The notes beneath the pieces were generated by a model. It did not search any database. It was not told where the DNA came from and was given only the letters and a program-made list of their open reading frames with translations. The translations under genes were made by a program, and so were the position numbers. A stretch of DNA of 64,000 nucleotides from positions 37,944,001-38,008,000 of the forward strand of contig OZ024757.1 of NCBI GenBank assembly GCA_964016885.1, read 5' to 3'. Shown here piece after piece: positions 54,484-64,000 of this stretch. Origin of the DNA: Eledone cirrhosa. Taxonomy: Eukaryota. Within the stretch, counting starts at the first letter, position 1. Every line of letters starts with the position of its first letter.

Positions 54484-54514
54484 TTTATCTATCATATATA
54501 TATATATATATATA

Positions 54515-54809
54515 TAACAAATAGGGTATGGTATGATAACATGTGGACCATAACGCACAAGAATACTCAATACTTAGGGAAGTAGAATGGATAATAGGAA
54601 AAGAACTAGGGCCCCGACGGATGGGCTCCGGCCGTTTCGACAGTTAGATCCGAACTAGTTCGGATCTAATTCGCAGCTAGCTGTCGAAATAGCCGGAGCT
54701 CAGCTGTCGGAGTCCTGACTCTTTTCCTATTACCCACTCTACTTCACTAAGTATTGAGTACTCTGGTGCGTTATAGTCCACTTGGTATTTTACCACACTC
54801 TCTTTGTTA
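54515..54809. repeat. Long diverged inverted repeat with a hammerhead 3' half in each arm
   Basis: Arms of about 130-140 bp, central perfect palindrome TTAGATCCGAACTAGTTCGGATCTAA (54644-54669). Each arm reads outward as GAAA-stem III-GUC (GAAATAGC...GCTGTC and GAAACGG...CCGTC). Confidence 0.75.
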
Positions 54810-55907
54810 GATAGATAAATAGATAGGTAGATACATATAGATAATTCTTTACTGAAATCATCTATAATAAATCCAGCAGCGTATTATTTGATAGGAGCTT
54901 CAATTGATGATAAACTCTTGTAAAGAAAGATTTATATTTGGGACGGTCTCTGCCAGGTTTAAAATGCCCAACACACGCCATATATCATAATACTGCACTC
55001 ATGCATGACCCCATAAGGAATTAAACTCCCACTACCTTACCATGAGATAAATTTTAGTAAATATGTATGTTTAATTCACCTTTCTAATATTCTAATATTT
55101 CAGTGTTTGTCAATGTTGTAATAGTGTTAAGAAAAAGTATTCTCATAATATGTTATTTATATATTCCTGTCATGTTATACACGACCCATCAATTGTTAGT
55201 AAATTTAGTATACTCTAGCGAAAAAAGACGATATTTGAAATAATAAATATTTGTTTATATGAAAATGAATTATAACGAAGTAAATTGTCTGAATTTAAAA
55301 TCTGTCTCAATAGCAAAACATCTATGTAGTATGAGTCGTAACAGAAGTGGTCGGAAGGTAGTTTGACATATAGAAAATGGAGCCATCTAGAAATAATTGA
55401 ATATGTAATTGTATACGTAACTATAAAATCTGCCAATAATAATGCTAAACGGATTTATTGATCTGTAATTTTGAAAAAAGTAATATACTATAAATTTTGT
55501 TTCAAAAGCCCATTGGTATAGAAAAACGAGATATTTTCAGAGTGAATTCGTACAACAATGGATGTAGAAAATATGTAAATACTTGCGGCGCCATTTCGAT
55601 TGATTCCGTATAATGTGTTGTTATTCACATTTGAAATTTATGTCTTTAAATTTAAATGTAAATCTAGCTTTAAAAGTAAAATAATATTGAACAATTTGAT
55701 ATAGATTTAATGTTTAAATTAGTGTTATGATGGAGACACAAAAGTGTTAAATTAGTATCTATTTAAAACAAAAAGAAGTGAAATAGAAAACAAATGTATA
55801 CACGCTAATACCTTTGAAGATAATTTAATAATGAGAAACTAAAATAATTTAAAATGGAGGAAAGAGTACAGATGAAAACTATAGATATATTAACCTATGG
55901 GTTGTAA

Positions 55908-56511
55908 CAGAGATTCTCAAAGTGGGAGCTACCAGCCCGGGGGGGGGGGGGCATTGGGAAGGTCTAGGGACGCTGGGGTCTAAGCGGGTGGTGGTAGAAA
56001 TGATATAATTGTATATTACATATTAAATGAAACATATATATAAATGTAGTAAAATAAAGAATATATATTTATTTATACATAATACATATTATATAAATTA
56101 TTATATATACAATGACGATTTAATATATTATATAATATGGGTGGGTAACCAGTGAAAAGGCCCGGACGTGGAAGAGCCGAACTCCCACTGTCATCGCCGC
56201 GGCGGCGGCGGATTGGCAGTATCGTTAGAGGGTCGGACACCAAGCTTTGCAGCAAAGATTTACTGCCCTTTATGGTCTGAGTTCAAATCCCGCCGAGGTT
56301 AACTTTGCCTTTCATCCTTACAGGGTCGATAAAATAAAGTACCAGTAATGCACTGGGATAATCGCTGGCCTTGTGCCAAAAGTAGAAACTTATATATTAT
56401 TTTCACGATTTGCGTGTATGCAGGTCTCTGTGGAAATAGGGTTTGGTGCGCAGTGGGTATTACATGGCCGCGAGGGAGTGGGGCTGTGACCAAAAATTTT
56501 GAGAACCATTG
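55908..56511. mobile_element. hAT (Charlie/MER5-like) non-autonomous DNA transposon with nested CRE 3' UTR piece and SINE
   Basis: Termini CAGAGATTCTCAAA and TTTGAGAACCATTG (11 of 14 inverted match); flanking 8-mers GGTTGTAA and GTTTATAA (6 of 8). Confidence 0.6.
56201..56392 (+). mobile_element. SINE family A, near full length
   Basis: GGCGGATTGGCAG...GAGTTCAAATCCCGCCGAGG...GGCCTTGTGCCAAAAGTAGAAAC. Confidence 0.8.
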
Positions 56512-56984
56512 GTTTATAATCACGAACAAGGACTATTCAAACAAGGACTATTCAAACACTTTCCCGAGTTCAACAAACGTTTGACTTGCAAACGAAGAAA
56601 AAAGGTTTATGATAGATTACTATGAAATATTTGTGTAAAGATTTTGTCTGAGTAGCTGAATAAAATGTCTTCAGCAAAAGTCCGGCCATTAGCAACAGCA
56701 TACATCTATGTCTTACAGAAACAACTAAATATTTATTATTCCTTGGAGGATGTAGAACCGTCTTGTATGAATTATTCAATGGGGTAAACATTTAGAAGTA
56801 TGATGTCATTTACTTGTCTTTCCAACAAACATGGTGGCGACCAGTTTAAAAACATCAAAACAAAATAAAATTATATAACTTTGAAGAAGTTGGAAAAAAT
56901 CGATAGAAGAATATTTAGAGGAGGATATTAATTTATTCACGTCGCCATTTCTGGTTCTACGGCTGTTGTTGCTAATGAAGGTAT

Positions 56985-57476
56985 TGGTGATGATGATGAT
57001 GATGGTAGTAATGGCGGTGGTGATAGTGATGATGCTGGTGATGATGGTGATGATGGTGGTGATAGTGATGATGATGGTGATGATGGTGGTGATGGTGGTG
57101 ATAGTGATGATGATGGTGGTGATAGTGATGATGCTGGTGATGATGGTGGTGGTGATGATGATGGTGATGGTGATGATAGTGATGATCGTGGTGATGGTGA
57201 TGATGATGATGATGATAGTGATGATGATAGTGATGATGATGATGATGGTAGTAATGGCGGTGCTGATAGTGATGATGCTGGTGATGATGGTGATGATGGT
57301 GATGATGATGGTGGTGGTGATAGTGATGATGGTGGTGGTGATGATGATGATGGTTATGTTGATCGCCGAGATGATGATGGTCGTGATGATGATGCGGGTG
57401 ATAATTATCATGGTGGTGGCAGTGATGAGAATGAGGATAATGATGATGATGATGATGATGATGGTGAGGATGGCCG

Positions 57477-57517
<41 letters not shown>

Positions 57518-58070
57518 GTGATGCCGATGATGATGGTGATGGTGAAGATGATGCCGATGATAATGGTGGTTATATTGATCACCGAGATGATGATGTTGAC
57601 GATGATGATGGTGATAATATGGTCGTCATTATGGTGCTGGTGGTGGTGGTGGCGGTGGTGGTGGTGGTGGTGGTGATGATGATGGTGATAATATGGTCGT
57701 CATTATGGCGCTGGTGGTTGTGGTGATGATGATGATGATGATATGGTGGACATTATGATGCTGGTGGTGGCGGTGATGACGATGATGATGATCGTGATGA
57801 GGTACTGGTGATAATGATGATGGTGGTGGTGGTGGTGGTGGCGATAGAGAATGATGCTGATGATAAGGATGCTGATGATAAGGATGCTGATTATATTGAT
57901 TCCCGTGATGATGATGATGAAGATGATGATGATGATGATATGATGAAAATAATGATGATTATGTTGATATGTCCTCGTGATGATACGGATGATGATGATG
58001 ATGATCATAATGATGATGATGATCATCATCATCATAATGATGATGATGATGCTGATGGTGGTGAGAAAAA
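56985..58070. repeat. (GAT/GGT)n trinucleotide region
   Basis: Direct reading; internal duplications of GATGGTAGTAATGGCGGTG and GATAATATGGTCGTCATTATGG. Confidence 0.95.
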
Positions 58071-58387
58071 TGCTGGAGATGAGAACGACTGCGATGAAAT
58101 GAATGGAGAAATTGGCGTGGATCAACAAGTACATACATCAATATAAATTATAAATAAATTATATCTAGAAAAGATTATAGAGAAAAAAGGAATGTATAAT
58201 TGTATTTAATCAAAACTGAATATATAATATAAATGTTGGAGATATTAGACAAAAGGAGAGATAGAGGAATAAAAGACATACATGTATGGTGAATCTCGGG
58301 GGAGATTTATATCGGAATAAAATATATAGAAATGAAATGGTGAGCGTAAGGGAAATTTGAAAGGGAAATGAAAAGAGTATGATTAAC

Positions 58388-59536
<1,149 letters not shown>

Positions 59537-59758
59537 TAGAAAGTGAGGGTTTTTTTACAAAATGAAAAATAACCGAGGTGTCCTACACGAGTGAAAGTAT
59601 AAAGAAAAAAAGATGAAATCGAAAATGCAACTGGAGACTTATTTAAAAATATATATATATATATATCTATTTGGTTGGTTTACCGGTTTCGCAGTACTTT
59701 TGCTTTTCAAAAGTAGAGTTGGGATGGAGCGTCTGTGGTTTTCCTCACATTTTTTTTC

Positions 59759-59791
<33 letters not shown>

Positions 59792-59831
59792 ATATATATA
59801 TATTATATATTATATATATATATATTATATA

Positions 59832-59874
<43 letters not shown>

Positions 59875-60319
59875 ATTTATATATATATATATATACATAT
59901 ATATGCATATATATATTTACACATATACATAACTCTGATTTTGCGGTTCGTTTCGCTTTTTCTACCCGCCGAAATGCGATTCTCGCTGAATTTATATATA
60001 TATAAATATATATGTATATATATATATATAAGTGCGTGTGTGTGTACGTGTGTGTCTGCGTATGTATATGTTATTTCCGATGAAGGACTATCGTCCAAGA
60101 AGAAGTTTTTCCCTATCATATCTGGCGTTAATTAAATGTTATAATGGTTGTATTATTCTCCCAATCTTTCTGGCGTTATTGAAATGCATACACACGTGTG
60201 TGTGTGTGTAAGGGAACAAAACATACGAAACAAAATGAGAATGTATTGTGAGAGGAAACACATTTTTACTATTGGAAATAAGAAGGATAATGTCTCCTGA
60301 TTATATATGAATATATATA

Positions 60320-60611
60320 TAAATATCATCTTGGTTAAGAGAGTGGAACTGGCTTTGTGCAGTGCCTTTGCTCACTATAAAAGCTTCACGGCACAGGCAT
60401 TGCTTTATATCTGGTGATCTCTCTGCACTTGTCATCACATGGTACCATGGACCCAGCACTATGTGTCAATAATTGTCCCAAGTGTAGTGTTTGTACCAGA
60501 GTTTTCAAGTCGCTGGCTGGACTAAAAAGTCACACTCGTTCAGCGCATCGCAAGGGGTTCTCCTACATGGATATAAAGTAGTGGCCGTACTCGAAAACGA
60601 GTTGGCAGCCA

Positions 60612-60613
<2 letters not shown>
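60320..60613 (+). mobile_element. RTE-derived retroposon, 5'-truncated
   Basis: Matches from TAAATATCATCTTGG to GCAGCCACC, followed by (AT)n. Confidence 0.85.
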
Positions 60614-60651
<38 letters not shown>

Positions 60652-60754
60652 AAGAGATATCAGGCTTACAGCATTTTATTATATATATAAACATTATGTA
60701 TAATATGTGTTATATGTATTTGTACATATATATACACACACACGCATATATATA

Positions 60755-60808
<54 letters not shown>

Positions 60809-60830
60809 TAAGTATGTAAATAAATATAAG

Positions 60831-60877
<47 letters not shown>

Positions 60878-60948
60878 CGTGGTAAGAGATAGCTGGCTTA
60901 TAACATTTTATTGTATATATATACACATTATATATACGTATGTACATT

Positions 60949-61013
<65 letters not shown>

Positions 61014-61509
61014 TTATGTGTGTGTATGTATATAAATATATTTGTGTGTGTGTGTTTATGTGTGTGTATGTATATAAATATATACGTGTGAGTTTGTGTC
61101 TTTATGTGTCCGTATCTAGTTCCATTTCCAACAATCTTGAAATACATGCTTTGTACGGTTTATTGTTCCACTAAATGCATTTGAAGACATTTAATATTTC
61201 TGCTAAAATAATCCCACCTTTTGTTAACAGTAAAAACGCGTTGAACAGCGAAGCATTGAATACGATTTTACACAATATCTCTTCCAGCCTCATGCATTTT
61301 AATATATAGAACATATATATGTACTAAGATAAAGCCCAAAGGGACCTGTACCATGCATTCATATGAACAAAAAACTTATTTGGTTATTCATTTATGTTTC
61401 CTAACCTAGATACCGTAGGGATATATTTAGGTGTAGATAACCTAATAACATTTTTTTTTTGTAATTATAAAGAGAACGTAGACGGTGGTCGGAAATGTTT
61501 CCATTGTTG

Positions 61510-61612
61510 ATACTCTGCTTTGCCTTTCTTCCTTAAGGGATCGATAAAATAAAGTACCAGTATTGCACTGTGATAATTGCTGGCCTTTTGCCAAAAGTAG
61601 AAACAATTATTG
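61510..61612 (+). mobile_element. SINE family A 3' part
   Basis: GATCGATAAAATAAAGTACCAG...GGCCTTTTGCCAAAAGTAGAAAC. Confidence 0.7.
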
Positions 61613-61949
61613 ACACTATGCTTTGTTGGTAATTCCCAACAGGGCGAGGTGGGATGCGGACTCAGATGCCGCAAAGCTTTACTAGTCACTCTTTAACACT
61701 TCGGTTAATTACTCGCCCTTGGACTGGCACTTTATAGATTACCAAATAATGATAAGAGATGTTGGTCTCGACAGGAATTGTACTGAGAATGCTGGGAGCC
61801 TGAACTTTCTAACCAAGGCATTTAACATACCGTAATAACTGTACTGACAATTCTGTGCCCTTATAATTATGTTTATACTGCGTTGGCTGTTACAGATATT
61901 AACAGTGATGGCAGCGAATAGCTGTGTTGTCAATAGTGTAAAGGCCGAC

Positions 61950-62273
61950 CTTTGGTTAGAAATGACCATGGTATTTGCATCTTAAATGTTCCTCCCTCGA
62001 GGCACAAGTCCCGGCAAGGTTGTTTATGGAAGACCAGCAATCACCCATACATCTCAATCTTCCTTCTCCACGTCACCAATGTTGTCCAAAGGAAATATAA
62101 TGGCCGGTACAACTTAGCACTAGTGACGTCGCAACTCATTTCTGAGTAAACTGGAGGAAGATGAAATGAAGTGACATGCTCAAATACACAATTCATCACC
62201 AATTTCTAGAATCGAACTCACAATTTCACGATTGCAAGCCCAACGTTTCAACCACTAAGCCATGAATCTTCAC
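61950..62273 (-). mobile_element. SINE family B, long degenerate copy
   Basis: Minus strand begins GTGAAGATTCATGGCTTAGTGGTTG, contains CCAGTTTACTCAG, and continues with a longer body. Confidence 0.6.
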
Positions 62274-63085
62274 AGCAGTGGCGACTATGGGCTTTTCATG
62301 AAAGTCATTGCTGTCTTGTATAAAAGTGGCGACTATACCAGCTATATAAGAGCACACAATGTTTTATGAAAAGCCCATGTCGTTCATCGCAACAGTCGTG
62401 GTAAAACGTAAAACATAGCGAACGTTAAAACCAGTCATTGGTACTGTTAGCAAATATAATAGAGCTTCTTCAAAAGCCGAAACAAAACAAGATCCGATGA
62501 AAAGCCTATAGTTTCGGAATCAATACTTCTTTTGTGTCGTATGAATGTGAAATACCTTTCAACGCTTCGAGGTATTTGGTCTGACGGCAAAACGTGGCTG
62601 TGTAATGACTGTAATTCAATTTATTCCATTGTTGTTGCCTCATTTGCTTATTTCCTTCTTTTCGTCCTCGACATACCCACCCCTCCCCACTCTTCCCCCT
62701 CTCCCCCTCCTCACTCTTCCCCCTCTCCCCCTCCTCTCCCGTTTATTTCTTTATTTTACTACTTTATGTGTATTTCTATTACTTTTGTTTTACACACGCA
62801 CAAAATCACCCACTCACACACACACAAACAGAAAGACACACGTATTCACATTCATGTACGTACTTATACATACCCACATTTCGATAGAGATAAACGTTTG
62901 CGAGCCTTCTAATGATTCACCCACCACCCCGCCTTCTCACCCCGCCTCCTCTGTATTTCCATTACATTCTGTACTAATATATTGTTATAAACCCTCACAC
63001 ACATTACTTTAATATTACTCCCTCCCTTCTCTCTATCTCTCTCCCGTTATCTCACATTTAATACTCTTGCGATTATTATTATTTT

Positions 63086-63691
63086 AATAATAATAATAAT
63101 AATAATTGTGTCCATTATTGGGACAAGGCCAGCAAATTATCCAGTACATTACTGGTACTTTATTTTATCGACCCCGAAAGGATGAAAGGCAAAGTTAACC
63201 TCGGCGGGATTTGAACTCAGAATGGCAAGGGCCGTAACTCTATGCTTCAAAGCAAGGCGTCCGACCCTCTACCGATACTGTCAATTCAATTAATAATAAT
63301 AGTAATAATGATAATAATAATTGTTTCACTTTTGGTACAAGGCCAGCAATTACACCAGTGTATTACTGGTACATTATTTTATCGACCCCGTAAAGATGAA
63401 AAGCAAAGTTAACCTCGGCGGGATTTGAAATCAGACCATAAAGAGCAAAGAGTTACGGCCCTTTATGGTCTGAGTTCAAAACCAGCCGAGGTTAACTTTG
63501 CCTTTCATCTTTACAGGGTCGATAAAATAAAGTACCAGTAATGTACTGAATTCGATTTAATCGAATTTCATCTCCCTTTCAAATTACTGGCCTTGTCTAT
63601 GTTTTTGAAATGTCCATTTGTACCGTCCTGTATTGTCCTGTACTGTCCTTAATGTTTACTTTATGTAAACCCCTGTGGTTAATAAAGAAAG

Positions 63692-63722
<31 letters not shown>
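63086..63722. mobile_element. Cluster of three SINE family A copies (63086-63288 minus, 63311-63446 minus, 63449-63722 plus)
   Basis: Two tandem minus copies, then a plus copy head-to-head with the second; the plus copy has an extra 3' extension ending AATAAAG..(ATT)n. Confidence 0.8.
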
Positions 63723-63725
<3 letters not shown>

Positions 63726-64000
63726 TCGATATTCGACCTCGTCTCCATTTCTTTCCCATTGTATTTAATTTATTTTTTTCTTTGTCCCTTTAAACATCGC
63801 CTTCACATTTTTCATTGCATTTTTTTATTCAAGCACACACAGAACTTTATACGCATCTCATCTCTCTCTCTCTCTCTCTGTATCTATCTATCTATTCTCT
63901 CTTTCTTTCTCTCTTTATTTCTCTCTCTCTTTCTTTATTTCTTTCTTTCTCTCTTTCTTTCTTTCTTTCTCTCTTTCTTTCTTTCTTTCTTTCCCATTCC

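Noticed and set aside
56806-58146. Ile/Thr-rich, Met/Val-rich and Asp-rich ORFs
   Set aside because: They come from (GAT/GGT)n trinucleotide repeats; no domain or splice support.

Overview
Eukaryotic, AT-rich, apparently non-coding DNA. I found no supportable host protein-coding exon; almost all ORFs in the track are translations of (TA)n, (CA)n, (TACA)n or (GAT)n microsatellites. The recurring tRNA-derived SINEs and extreme (TA)n density resemble octopus (cephalopod) genomic DNA, an inference from recalled repeat sequences rather than a database search. Supported content: a 5'-truncated R4/Dong-type LINE with a restriction-like endonuclease; a CRE-type LINE 3' fragment; six copies of a short RTE-derived retroposon that carries a C2H2 zinc-finger end; two SINE families; a hAT-type MITE with nested insertions; and very long (TA)n arrays, each with its own interruption motif. 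The most interesting layer is a set of at least five unrelated short elements, mostly embedded in (TA)n, that fold by hand into type I hammerhead ribozymes. Several carry fold-back inverted duplications whose apex falls in the ribozyme core. This pattern fits Penelope-like pseudo-LTR remnants or non-autonomous ribozyme retroelements that target (TA)n. All folds and alignments were done by eye and boundaries are approximate.
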